Assembly (NCBI GenBank): GCA_965645245.1
Contig: OZ287077.1
Coordinates: 186,001 to 250,000 of the forward strand
Direction of reading: 5' to 3'
DNA length: 64,000 nt
From: Massalongia carnosa
Lineage: Eukaryota
Made by a program: the position numbers and the translations under genes. Below are positions 13,225-24,610 of the stretch, one piece after another. Within the stretch, counting starts at the first letter, position 1. Every line of letters begins with the position of its first letter. The notes under the pieces were generated by a model. The model was not told where the DNA came from and searched no databases. It was given only the letters and a program-made list of their open reading frames with translations.

Positions 13225-13710
13225 GTTATTGTCTATGCTGCATGCGGGTAAAGAGTTCATATGGTGGATACATCTATTTGAAAAGCTACAATTTATCCCG
13301 GATCAAGATATAGTCATCTATAACGATAACCTACAGACAATTCGCATTTTAAACTCCGAAATGGGAAAAACTGACACTAAATTGAGGCATATAGACGTCG
13401 CCCAATGCTGGCTTAGGCAATCTGTGCAAAGGGGGGAATTATGTGTTGACTATGTGCCGACAAGTCAGATGGTCGCAGATGGTTTAACCAAGATCCTACC
13501 TCCTCAAAAGCATCAACATTTCATCAAGCTATTAGGGCTAGTCAATGCCATGGACCTGGTCAACAATCAGAAGAAATTGGCCAATCAGAAGAAGGGAAAT
13601 ACGGCCACAGATTGAATCGGCCAAAATCACTAGAAATCAATGTAAAACATGGGATTTTTTCACTTAATATAGGTTTTTCGGTCATGGCAGCTTTGGTCAA
13701 AGCTGGGGTG

Positions 13711-13866
13711 TATCAGGCGTTTAGGGGTCACATGACCCGCCATGGGTCACATGACCCACTAACCCCTATTAGATATATCCCTCAGTTAGCTAGCCTAGAT
13801 CTCCCATAGATCAATACACACCACTCCTTTTCACCCATATTCCACATTAGCCCATACAGCTTGATA
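13711..13866 (+). repeat. Probable 3' LTR of Copia A
   Basis: Follows RNase H and purine-rich GCTGGGGTG; inverted termini TATCA...TGATA (TG/CA mutated). Confidence 0.6.
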
Positions 13867-13958
13867 TATGTTTAGAAGACATGAGTTTGTTATGTGATTA
13901 TAAGGAAAATTGGTTGCAAGTTTACGAAGTGAGAGCCATTTGAAACGAGCTTGATTAA

Positions 13959-15082
13959 GGCCCCGTTTGTGTACAGCGTAGATAGCCGGCTTCCTCCGGT
14001 AATTTTCGACGTTACACCATACACTTTTGGTGGTGTTTTGTCCGCCATGCCGGCATTTTGGGACCAATTGTACGATTCTACTCTTGAGGCCGTTTTTTTG
14101 GGCCATTGCCTCCTACGCGGAGGATTATAACGATATACAGTTCAATTCAAGGAATCGGCGCAATGCGTCAAGTCTCTACGGCGAGTAATGGATGGAGCAA
14201 CTGCTAGATCAGCGCCATACGAATCGATCTACGACAACCTTCGCATGGATCGCGAGACAACATCTTCGCTGTCTCTACGTTCGACCTACAGTTCAGCTAC
14301 GTTCTTGCTGGATGGGAGGGCTCTGCGCATGATGCGCTAGTCCTTAAGGAGGCCGCCTCCTATCATGGATTGAGGCTCCCTCCAGGGAAGTACCTCCTTG
14401 CGGACGCTGGATACTCTAATACGGAGCACACCTTGGTGCCGTTTCGGGGCACGAGGTATCATCTCAAGGAGCAGAGGCTGGCTGGAGAAAGGTAAGATCT
14501 ACAGTCTATATGAATGGTGCTAATGGTCTATAGGCCCCAATCGTCCAAGGAGCTGTTCAATCTCCGCCACTCCTTTCTCCACAACGTCGTCGAACGGATC
14601 TTTCGGATCTTTGGGATCTTTAAGAGGAGGTTGAAGATTCTACGGAGCGCGCCTGAGTACCCAATACGGTCTCAGGTTCACCTAATCTACGCTCTAACCG
14701 CAATACACAACTATATATGGAGGAAGCTGGGCAGGAGGCGCTGGAGACTGGGCTGGGCGCGGAGGAGCTTGACCTTGGCGCACACGAGGGTCAAGAGGCT
14801 ACAAGAGAAGGATCTACGTCAACAAGGATGGGCAGACTACGGGATGAAATGGCAGAGAGGATGGGGGACTACGTGGATATGGTGTTTGCGGGGGAGGATT
14901 AGGATACATTATAGATCTATAGAAGTTATTGAAGTCATCATAGCCTTTGTAATGACCTTTTTGTCTTCCACGCTCTTGAGACTTTTAAAAACAGTTGCGT
15001 TATTGAGTACACTGGGAATGGCCTCACGGAGATGAAAGAGGATATTACTCAACAGCTATCTACGGCCTATCCAAACGCGGCC
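13959..15082 (+). mobile_element. Internally deleted PIF/Harbinger DNA transposon
   Basis: TAA TSD on both sides; about 28-bp imperfect TIRs ggccccgtttg...cgtagatagc / gctatctacg...caaacgcggcc. Confidence 0.85.
14265..14902 (+). pseudogene. Harbinger DDE transposase, C-terminal fragment
   Basis: GWEGSAHD, YLLADAGY, RYHLKE, ELFNLRH, VVERIF motifs; GT-AG intron 14492-14533. Confidence 0.85.
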
Positions 15083-15191
15083 TAAATCCTTGATTATGCA
15101 AGCTAACTTAAAGTAATAGGCAACATTACGCGAAACAAAAACTCAGTCTCACCCCGATCCTCGCTTAGAGACTGTCAACCTGCGAGGAGAA

Positions 15192-15650
15192 TGTTGTGCC
15201 AGCATAACAGATCAGGCGCTGCCAGAAAACAGCTAAGGCTACTCAAGCATGAATATATGCTAGAGTTGTAGAGCAGTAGAGCAGTAGAGCAGTAGATACT
15301 GAAAGTGAAAATGAAACAAAGACTCAATGAGAGGTACAATTGATGCTCGAAAGAGTGTGTTAAATGGTGAGGCTACCATCGGTTAGATGGTCAGACTACC
15401 ATTAGTATAGGCATCCATCGTGAGTCTCACGGGTGCCTGCTAGGCATCTATAGGAGGTGCCTAATAGGCAGTTATGGAGGTGCCTCACAGGCAGCTATGG
15501 GAGGCCTAAAGCATCTTGTTATGTGATTGCTTTTTGTGACTGCTATAAAAGCAGGTAGATAGCCCACATAGAAAATTACCTTCAATGACAATCATGCTAT
15601 TATACCTACACGTGAATCATCTATAATATTCATCAGAGTGCTTGATAATA
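15192..15650 (+). mobile_element. Orphan LTR related to the Copia C LTR
   Basis: PPT-like GCGAGGAGAA then TGTTG. 15358-15590 is clearly similar to 35171-35365. Confidence 0.7.
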
Positions 15651-15864
15651 GCATCTTTTGCTTTTATTTAGAATTCAAAGCTTCGTAGCAAAATATAGAG
15701 TTTCGATGAACACTATACTTGAAGAGAAAGAGCAAGCTTCTCAATGATATGTTTTGCTCTATCTTGATAAGCATGTAAATACGACAATTGGAACTGAAAC
15801 CAATTAAGAGAAATTCAACTCTCATACTTTCTTACCTGCGATATCCATGGAACACCAGAAGGTA

Positions 15865-16578
15865 TCAAATCCCGAGCTTGCTTCTCCACCATGCATCGTC
15901 GCCAGTCAAGGCAACCACAGCTTCCAGGCCATCAAGTACAGCAGTCTTTTGTACTGCATTAAGAGTCAGCGGGAGTTGGCTTGTCAAAGCGGTGAGCACA
16001 AATTTTGCGTCGTCAGCGTCACGGATCTTCTTGGCCATTTCCGCTCTCAGACCGCAGCTGCCTATCTTGAAAACAACCAAGTCGATAGGGCTAATGTAGG
16101 GGGGAGGCGAGCCTGGCTCTATGGATGATAGCTTTTGCGCTGATGGCGGAAGGTAAGGTGTCTGTTTTGATAGTAGTAATTTCAACGGAAAGAGCTGAAG
16201 GTGGGGCTATACCTGCCAATCAGGGAGAATATCAATTTGAACCTTTACTCCCGTAGGTGCATTATACAAGAAAATCTGAGCTCGCTGCTCAAAGGGGCTG
16301 TTCTCAAGTTGCAAGAACTTTTGCTTGACAGAAGAAGGGGCTCCCTCAGCTGTTATAACGAAGTCGATGTCCTACAACATTGGGTTAGCATCGATTTGGC
16401 TAAACACTGCGCAAAGCTCACTTACTTCTGTTGTGCGGTATCCGGGGTAATACTTCCACAACGCGAAGCCTCCAATGATGGCAATACGTGCCTCGGAAAA
16501 TTGTGGGATTGACCTAAGAATATCGAGAACATCGGTGGCAGCGAGTTCAAGGGATTCGAAATGGCTTGGAGACATCAT
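15865..16578 (-). CDS. Nucleotidyltransferase-fold protein, AbiEii/DUF1814/MenT-like, 202 aa (exons 16578-16426, 16371-16213, 16161-15865)
   Basis: Spliced protein has IAIIGGFAL...RTTEDIDF, a third acid in QIDIL, and C-terminal K...R....K.RD..D. Two GT-AG introns of 54 and 51 bp; no lesions. Confidence 0.8.
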
Positions 16579-16914
16579 AGGTTACTGATCATGTGTACAG
16601 TAATTATCGTGAAGGAACGTATGGTTTGAGATTGTTTAGTGGAGAATGAATGGACCTAATGCATAGAAAATACGTGACAGAAGTCTCTGGATAGTACATT
16701 CGCATATTACGTCAGATATGATCCTGCTGGCTTGGCATTCGCAACAAAGATTAAGGAATTTATCATTTTGTCCTTTGCCTAGTAAGGCGAAGCAACGCAT
16801 CCGCCCACTGATTACAGCCACAAGTGTCGCATTAGTGTATCAACTGATCGAAATCACATAAGGAGCAACATACTAATAGAAAACCCTCTCTTTGCGCTGA
16901 AGATCATTCTCGAT

Positions 16915-17706
16915 ATGTCTGAGATCCGACTCCAGATCATCTCGGACCTCCACCTGGAGGCGCCCGTAGCTTATGACACATTTGAGATCACGCCTCGAGC
17001 TCCAATAGTCGCCCTACTTGGGGATATAGGCCAAGCACGCGACCCAGGCTGGATAAGATTTCTAGAACGGCAGCTCGCCCTCTTTCAAGTCGTGATACTC
17101 GTTTTGGGTAATCACGAACCCTATCATAGCACCTGGGAGCAAGTTCGAAAGCAAATTCGGTGTTTCAACGAGTCTCAAGTAGGCCGAGGCTCACTTGTCC
17201 TTCTCGACAAAGGACGCTTCGACGTAACAGACGACTTCACGATACTGGGATGCACCTTGCATTCCCAAATCGATGAGAAGTACGAGGAGCAAATCAGCTT
17301 TGGTTTGAACGATTTTTATTACATTGAAGGCGGCTGGAATACCTCCAAGCATCGAAAAATGCACGGGGAGGATTTAGCATGGTTGAATGCACAAATAACT
17401 TCTCTGGCGCGCGATTCTCCCAAACGCCGCATAGCCATTTTTACGCATCATAGCCCTTGTATTACGACCGGTACTATTGAACAAAAGTATTTGACAAGTC
17501 CTCTCACATCGGCTTTTGCAACGGACCTTTCGGCTCAACCCTGCTGGACTAGCGAGATAGTGAAGCTTTGGGCATTTGGACACACCCATTTCAACTGCGA
17601 TTTCATAGACACTTTGACCGGCAAGCGCGTAGTCACCAACCAGCGGGGATACTACTTCGCTCAAGCTGCCGGATTTGATGCGGAGAAGGTGGTGACAATA
17701 AATTAA
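16915..17706 (+). CDS. Calcineurin-like metallophosphoesterase (263 aa, intronless)
   Basis: All five motifs present: SDLH, GDIG, GNHE, THH, GHTH. Confidence 0.92.
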   Translation: MSEIRLQIISDLHLEAPVAYDTFEITPRAPIVALLGDIGQARDPGWIRFLERQLALFQVVILVLGNHEPYHSTWEQVRKQIRCFNESQVGRGSLVLLDKGRFDVTDDFTILGCTLHSQIDEKYEEQISFGLNDFYYIEGGWNTSKHRKMHGEDLAWLNAQITSLARDSPKRRIAIFTHHSPCITTGTIEQKYLTSPLTSAFATDLSAQPCWTSEIVKLWAFGHTHFNCDFIDTLTGKRVVTNQRGYYFAQAAGFDAEKVVTIN

Positions 17707-17814
17707 TACAAGTCGAAAACGGTACTATTTTATACATGATTCATTTCTTAACTTAATCTTGAGATAGTTTTGACATCTATGAACATCCGACTGCATTTTG
17801 TGGTAGTAAGTCTT

Positions 17815-18615
17815 TTATCTATCAGGTGCTAAACTCTTGTCTTTCTTAAGCTCATCCAACTCCTTTCCGATATATCTCCCCGATGTAAACATAACATGAT
17901 ACAAGTCCCGACACCATGGTTCAAGCTCTTCTTGCTTGATAAGGCCCGCCTCTTCCACATACTCATTTATGTATGTAAGCATGACAGACCAAAATGTTTC
18001 GTAGATATGTGACCGATCGCGGATCATAAGTAGCATGTAGGCTTCCAACAGTCGGTTGGCAGATGGAATACGAACCGTGTGGAGCGTAGGAGAGAAGGCG
18101 CCTCTGCCACGACCGGGCTCGTAAGATGGAAGGCAGGGATCAGATGCAATCAAGATATCCTTGCATGTTTCCACTTTTCCAGGATTCTGTATCGAAGGAG
18201 GTGAAATATCCAGTCGCCAAAGCGTCTCGGACTTGTTAAAGAGCTGGATGTAAGTTGTTTGATCAATATGGACATGTGCAGCTGGTATAGGCGAGCAGCG
18301 GAAACGGGCATTGACTATCGTACACGTTGGGTATGCAGAGCAGTCCTCGAAACCTGCACTCATGAGAGTCGAGGTCGCCATTGAGATTAGATTATCTGGA
18401 ATAACAAAGGAAGCATCCTGGCGTACGTTTAGAATTGGATTATAAGGCTCCATCCAACAATATGAGAAACTTACCTGAACAATTGTTGGGACGCCGAAGA
18501 CGGTCAGTAAGTAATTGCCCCAAAGAAGACTTGGAATATCAGCTTCATCGAGTATGCGAACAATGTCAGCTACGAGACTGTGATCGAGACAACGGTTTAG
18601 GACAGAGAATGACAT
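17815..18615 (-). CDS. Degenerate nucleotidyltransferase-fold protein, 247 aa (exons 18615-18475, 18417-17815)
   Basis: IPSLLWGNYLLTVFGVPTIVQ|DASFVIPD follows NTase topology with DxD changed to DAS. In-frame 57-bp GT-AG intron. Confidence 0.65.
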   Translation of the reverse strand: MSFSVLNRCLDHSLVADIVRILDEADIPSLLWGNYLLTVFGVPTIVQVSFSYCWMEPYNPILNVRQDASFVIPDNLISMATSTLMSAGFEDCSAYPTCTIVNARFRCSPIPAAHVHIDQTTYIQLFNKSETLWRLDISPPSIQNPGKVETCKDILIASDPCLPSYEPGRGRGAFSPTLHTVRIPSANRLLEAYMLLMIRDRSHIYETFWSVMLTYINEYVEEAGLIKQEELEPWCRDLYHVMFTSGRYIGKELDELKKDKSLAPDR

Positions 18616-19062
18616 GCTGATAGTATCATAGAAATCGTGAAGGAATAAAGTTACGAGTAAGAAATTCGGTTGAGAAAACTTCTGCCACAGTACCTCAGAC
18701 GTGTTGTGGCAGAGCCTTCGCCTGCACTAACCTCTTTCGATTAGCTCGGCGCTAACTTGTTTGGCCTATATGCCTAACCCTTCAAAGTTAGGATTTGCTT
18801 ACTAAGTTCGCTGTGCTTACACCGAGCATGCGTAGTAAGCTAAATTAAATCTTATCCTAAAACAGTTAATCGTGCTAGACCACTTTCGGAACGCAGAGAG
18901 CACCCCTCAGTGCTTACCGGCATTCAAAAACTTTCGCACTTTTTAGCTAGCACTAGAAATTGCATTCGTTACCCATACAAGCCCTCAATATTGATTGTGA
19001 TCACGTAGAATTGCTCCCCGACTCTGTAGCTATCTTGGCCGAAAGTTATATCGTCCCTTCTG

Positions 19063-20769
19063 TTGTGGCTGCATTGTGGCAACCATGGGGAGCTCTTTTG
19101 TCGTGCCCAACGACGCCCCGATTCACTAGACGAGCATCGTCACTTCCTCACCAATGTGCTTAATAACTTAACTAACTGCGAGGCATATCAGAAGCAAAGA
19201 CCTATGAAGGTTCAGTCATACACCCTGTTACTCTCCAGTATGCTCAGCCTACTGGAGAAGATGCGCAACCAGCCCACGATGGATCAGCTCCAAGCTACCA
19301 TCAACCAAATAAAGAACACTACAGAGCAAACGCTCACTAAAGTCACCTATGTCGAGCGCAAGCAAGACACCGCCCGCACAATACCCACTACCTCCTCCAC
19401 GGCCACTACTGGCTACAAGAGGACGATGACCTGGGCAGAACGGGCAGCCTTTGCTGCCTCGGCCCCAGCGATCTCTACGCTTTCGGGGACGTGCATCCCC
19501 ACTCCTATATTAGAAGAGAAAGCTCGTGAAATTGTCGTCAAACTGAACAACGAAGCCATAGCAAAGGATCTGGCCAAACTGGCCTCCTCAGCGCTCAAAA
19601 ACAGAATCAACGCGGCAATATCTAACGCGTTAAAGGATCATAACAACACGAGAACTCCGACCAATCAAAACGCTCCCGCCCCCCCTATTTCCAATGGCAC
19701 AGCCAAGGCAGCAGCCGTAGCAATAGCAGCAAGGGTCCTCCCTAGCGGAGACCTACAGGTAATAGTCAACAACGCCTCCGACACGGAACGCCTAAGAAAA
19801 GACACCCGATGGGCCATCAGGCTATCGAGCAAAGCTACTATAATACAGCTAAGCTTCGGCTTAATCGCGCACTTTGTACCGGCTAATCTAAGCATGACAG
19901 ACATCAAGGAACGCCTCTGGGAGGAAAATAAGTCACATATGCCCATTAGGAATAGGATAACAGGAGTAGAATGGTTGTCCCGCACGAGTAAGGCAGGAGC
20001 CACAGCTAGATCCATGGTGGTATACTTTGAGAACGAATTAGACTGCAATGCCATTTTGGCCTCGCAGCTATATTTGGATGGGAGATCTTTCGCGGTGGAA
20101 AGACATGTTCCGGAGGCCAGGCTTAGGCAATGTTTCCGGTGCGGTAAGTATGGTCACACGAGCCATGCTTGCCGACAGAAGCATCAAACATGCTTCAAAT
20201 GTTCCGAAAGTCACCACATGACCGATTGCAAATCGGTCACTCTCAAATGCAATGCGTGTGGCAAGGAGGGCCACGGGGCAAGCGCAGAGTCTTGCCCGGA
20301 GCGAAAGAAGGAAAAGGCCCGAATGAAGCGGGCCAAAGAAGAAGCTCTCCCCTTCTGGCCTCTCAGGGCCTCCTCACGGGAGACCTTAAATGGTCAGGAA
20401 CAAGAACGGAGCAGTCCGCCGGCATCGACCACACCGAGGGTCACGACAAGCAGTGAGGTGACCCCAGCCTCAACCCAGGTGGAACAGGGCCCTCGAACGG
20501 GCTCTGTACGAGAGAAAGATTGGCAAACCGTGCCAACTTCCCGCCAGGGGAAGAAGCGGGCGCATGGGGAGGTAGAGTCCCTGGCAGACAACCCCAGCTC
20601 TACCAACAGGAGCATGGCACAAGCAGCTTCTAAGAAGGGAAAGAAGAAACCCTCCTCGAAGGCTGTGGAGGTCTTGAGCGATAAGGAGAACGACGATAGT
20701 TCTTCAATGACCACCAGATCGGCAACCCGTCGCTTGCAGCCCAGTACTCAGACAGAAGAGGAACTATGA
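19063..20769 (+). CDS. LINE 1 ORF1 (gag-like; start codon uncertain)
   Basis: Three CCHC knuckles (QCFRCGKYGH...C, CFKCSESH...C, CNACGKEGH...C). Confidence 0.88.
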   Translation: MWLHCGNHGELFCRAQRRPDSLDEHRHFLTNVLNNLTNCEAYQKQRPMKVQSYTLLLSSMLSLLEKMRNQPTMDQLQATINQIKNTTEQTLTKVTYVERKQDTARTIPTTSSTATTGYKRTMTWAERAAFAASAPAISTLSGTCIPTPILEEKAREIVVKLNNEAIAKDLAKLASSALKNRINAAISNALKDHNNTRTPTNQNAPAPPISNGTAKAAAVAIAARVLPSGDLQVIVNNASDTERLRKDTRWAIRLSSKATIIQLSFGLIAHFVPANLSMTDIKERLWEENKSHMPIRNRITGVEWLSRTSKAGATARSMVVYFENELDCNAILASQLYLDGRSFAVERHVPEARLRQCFRCGKYGHTSHACRQKHQTCFKCSESHHMTDCKSVTLKCNACGKEGHGASAESCPERKKEKARMKRAKEEALPFWPLRASSRETLNGQEQERSSPPASTTPRVTTSSEVTPASTQVEQGPRTGSVREKDWQTVPTSRQGKKRAHGEVESLADNPSSTNRSMAQAASKKGKKKPSSKAVEVLSDKENDDSSSMTTRSATRRLQPSTQTEEEL

Positions 20770-23700
20770 GTGAATACACCCACTATCTGTCCATACTTCA
20801 GTACAACTGCAACAAATCCAAGAACACTGTCATGGCGAGCTTCCTTCGCAGGGAGGAAACCATGAAATACGGCATCCTGGCCATCCAGGAACCCTGGGCG
20901 GGGAACCCCTATCAATACACCACGCACAATCCGGTCAAAAATGTTTTTCACCTTCTCTATCCCCCCGAAACAGGAGAACAAGAGCTCCCTCCGAGAGTAT
21001 GCATGTTCGTCAATAATGACATAGCAAGCGCCTCTTGGAAGGTAACCTTCCACTCTCCCGATCTGATGACTTTGCACTTGGAATTTCCTGGCGAAACCCA
21101 GCGAGTCATCAATATCCATAACATCTACAATCCCTCCCCCTCTCAGGGAAACTACAGCACCTTGCCAGACCTAATCAAGGCGCTAGAGGTGGAGGGAGAA
21201 CACATAGTGGTAGGGGACTTCAATCTTCACTATCCCCTATGGACTGGCGAAGACTACCATCATCAACATCCGGAGGCAGACCAACTACTGGAGATTCTCG
21301 ATCAAAGCGAGCTAGAACTTCTGCTCCCCCCTGGCACCATAACTTACGATCATAGATCAGCACAGAGCACGATAGACTTAACGTTCGCAACCCCCGCAGG
21401 GGCTTCAGCCGTACTCATGTGCGATGTGAGAAGAGAGTTGGATAGTGACTCAGATCACTACCCCATTGGCACAGCATTCGATATCACCACAGTTAAGAGG
21501 GCCATAAGGTCCTCTCGCATGTGGTCTAAGACTGATAGGAAAAGGCTAGTAGACACGATGACAGACAAGCTCCCGGCACCTAGGAGCGTGAGCACAGTTC
21601 AAGAACTCGACAACTTGGCCCACGAGTTAGTTGAAGCTATCCAGCACGCAGTGGAGACAGCAGTCCCACTTTCTAGAGGGTGCAATCATTCAAAACCTGG
21701 CTTTACCCCGGAATGCAAAGAGGCAGTCACCCTATGCAGACATCTCAGGCGCAAGCATGAGGAAACGCGCTCTCTAGAAGACTGGGAAGCCTACCGAGAG
21801 GCGAGAAACAGCAAAAACAAAATCGTACAAAAAGCTCTCAAGAAAACACATAGGGACAGGGTAAAGGAGGCCACCAGCACTCCAGATGGTCTCTGGAAGC
21901 TTGCGAAATGGGCTAAGAACAGGTCGACCCCATTCCAAGCCTTCACCCCAACCCTAATGAAAAGCGATGGCTCCAAAGTGACGGAGGCCTCGGGCAAGGC
22001 TGAACTGCTTCGCAGACAGTTTTTTCCTATCCCGGACGCCACCAATCTTGAAGACATCGCCGATTATCACTATCCAGAGCCAATTCAATTTGCTCCCATC
22101 TCAGCTCGGGAAATAACTAAAGCCATCACAAAGGCAGCACCACTCTCGGCCCCAGGCCCCGACGGACTGCCTAATAAAATCCTCAGAGATGTGTTACCGC
22201 TCATCATGCCCACACTTGTAGCTCTGTATAACGCCAGCTGGGAACTGGGTCATCACCTTAATGCTTTCAGAGAATCCACCACGGTGGTTCTCAGAAAATC
22301 AGCTAAGGCCGACTACAGTTTGCCGAATTCATACAGACCCATAGCCTTGCTCAACACTTTAGGTAAGACTATGGAGAAGATCATTGCAACCAGAATCACT
22401 CACGCGGTGGAGACCAAGAGCCTACTCCCCAGACTCCATATAGGCGGCAGGCGAGCTAGATCACCCGAACACGCCCTCCATCTGCTCCTAGAGGCCATCC
22501 ACGCAGCCTGGCTTAACAACGAAGTGGCCACAGTGCTCATGCTGGACATCTCGGGTGCTTACGATAACGTATCCCACGAAAGACTACTGCACAACCTACG
22601 GAAGAGAAGAATAGGCGGCAACATAGCTAAATGGATCGAAAGCTTCCTTCAGGAAAGGAAAACGACCATCGCCATGCCCGACTACACCTCGCAACCATTC
22701 ACCACGAACTTTGGAGTCCCTCAGGGATCCCCTATATCTCCTATTCTTTATCTCTTCTACAACGCCGACCTTATGGAAGAGGAAGGGCCCAAAAAGATGA
22801 ACTTGGGCTATGTCGATGACATCCAAACTAATTATTGGAACTTCAGCAGAACAGAACTGTAGAAATCTCGAAGCCTCGTTCATAACGAGGGAGCAGAAAT
22901 GGGCGGACACACGCCTCCAAATTTGCCCCCGCCAAATTCCAGCTCTTGCACTTTATCAAAGGACCCTCAGAGACGGATTTGAACCCCCCGGAGAGAGCTA
23001 TCTCCCTAGCGGGCAAAACCATCAAGCCACAGCATACCGCCACCTACTTGGGCGCCACATTCGATGACAAGCTCAAATGGCACACCCATTTAAGGAAACT
23101 GGAAGCCAAAACCTCAAAGAGACTGGGGGCCCTAGGCAGCCTTGCGGGCTCCACATGGGACCAGTCTTGCGAGCCTTCGATGGATCTATCAAGCCACCAT
23201 ACTACCGCAATCACCTTTGGATGCTCTGCATGGTATGTTCCCGAGGGCGGATACGGGACTATCACGCAAGCAACCGCCGTGCTCAAAGCCGTCAGATCTA
23301 TTCAGCGACGGGCGGCACTGATCATTTCACGGGCATTTAGAACAACCTCGGGCCCGGCCTTGGATATGGAGCTTCACCTCCTGCCTGGCCGGCAACGCAT
23401 GGAGCAGGCAGTGAACGAGTCACTACTGCGCATACGTTCAAGCCCCCTTTACGCCATAATACGTGAGATCCGCGCCTGGACAAGCCAAGCGGACTCCCAC
23501 TATCGATACTAGAGCCCTCTAGCTAAGCTAGAGTCCCGCTTAATGACTTCGGGGAAATTGCCTCAACCCTGGCGGTTAGAGGTCATTCTTCCATTCATAG
23601 TGGAACCATGGCGGTCTCCCCCCGAAACGCACATTGCTTTCAGTAAAGAGGAAGCAATCAAAGAGCATGACAAGATGACATCAGAGCCGAACCAAATAGT

Positions 23701-24610
23701 CATATACACGGATGGGAGTGATAATCCCTTCGGAGTTAGTGCGGGAGCGGTCATCCCTAGCGAGAACACACGGGTAGGAACCCGCCTCGGAACGAACAAA
23801 GAAGCCATAGTTTACCTCGCGGAACTAGTGGGCATCGACCTGGGACTGGCGGCGGCTATTGCACGATGGCAAGGGGAGATAATAACGGTTTTTGCAGATA
23901 ATCAATCAGCCATCAAATCAGTAGCCGACCCCGGAACTCAATCAGGTCAGTTCATACTAGGCGAGATCATTGGAAAACTCCACGCATGCCGGGAGATGCA
24001 GGCCAGAGTCAGACTCTGCTGGATACCTAGGCATATGGGAGTAGAAGGCAACGAGATAGCAGACCAAGCAGCAAAAGAAGCATCAGGCTGGTTAGAACCT
24101 GGCCAGAGTCCCTCCATCACCCACTTTGACTTCCTCGGACACACAGTGAATTCGGCGATAAAACGCAACATGAGGACTGATCAGCAAAGAATGGGCTAGG
24201 GATTGGGAGGCAGAAAAACGCGGACAGATGACGAAAAAGCTCCTCCCAAGCCCACAAACAAGGTCTTGCAGCTCTACCAGGGGCTTCACAAGTCAATGAG
24301 TTCCACCCTGGTGCAGATGAGAACAGGTAAGATTGGTCTCCGCAAGTATCTCTCAGATATAGGCCGCACCGAAACGGGCGAATGTCCATGCGGCTTCGGT
24401 TATCAAACAGCTCACCATGTGCTTCTGGATTGCGTCAGGCACCATCGACTGCGCATGGAGACTATCTGGATAGGCCGGAAGGTGTTCGATCCCCAAGAAA
24501 TATTTAGCACCCCCAGACTGGCCAAGGCAGCATCCAAATTCATGCTATCCTCACGTCTCCTCGGCCAATTTGGAGACGTGAGGATAGCAACCGAACAATC
24601 CACGAGTTAA
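20766..24610 (+). pseudogene. LINE 1 ORF2 (APE endonuclease, RT, RNase H, zinc finger), frameshifted
   Basis: IQEPW, GDFN, SDH, PGPDG, YRPIALL, QGSPISP, YVDD, YTDGS, GNEIAD, CPCG...H...C. Lesions near 22825, 23160, 23510 and 24197. Confidence 0.9.

Larger units (their letters stand above)
3236..13866 (+). mobile_element. Copia element A, 3' half (RT/RNase H and 3' LTR), degenerate and split by three further insertions
   Basis: RT motifs LKWVF, KALYG and FYVDD. Removing the inserts rejoins RPDIAI|SASKL and TVTTS|TTEAEL|LSMLHAGKE. RNase H ends with RHIDV...MVADGLTK. Confidence 0.9.

Noticed and set aside
18680..18760. HDV-like or hammerhead ribozyme at the LINE 5' end
   Set aside because: Only a simple hairpin (tctgccaca/tgtggcaga) is visible; the nested pseudoknot order and hammerhead core could not be assembled by eye.
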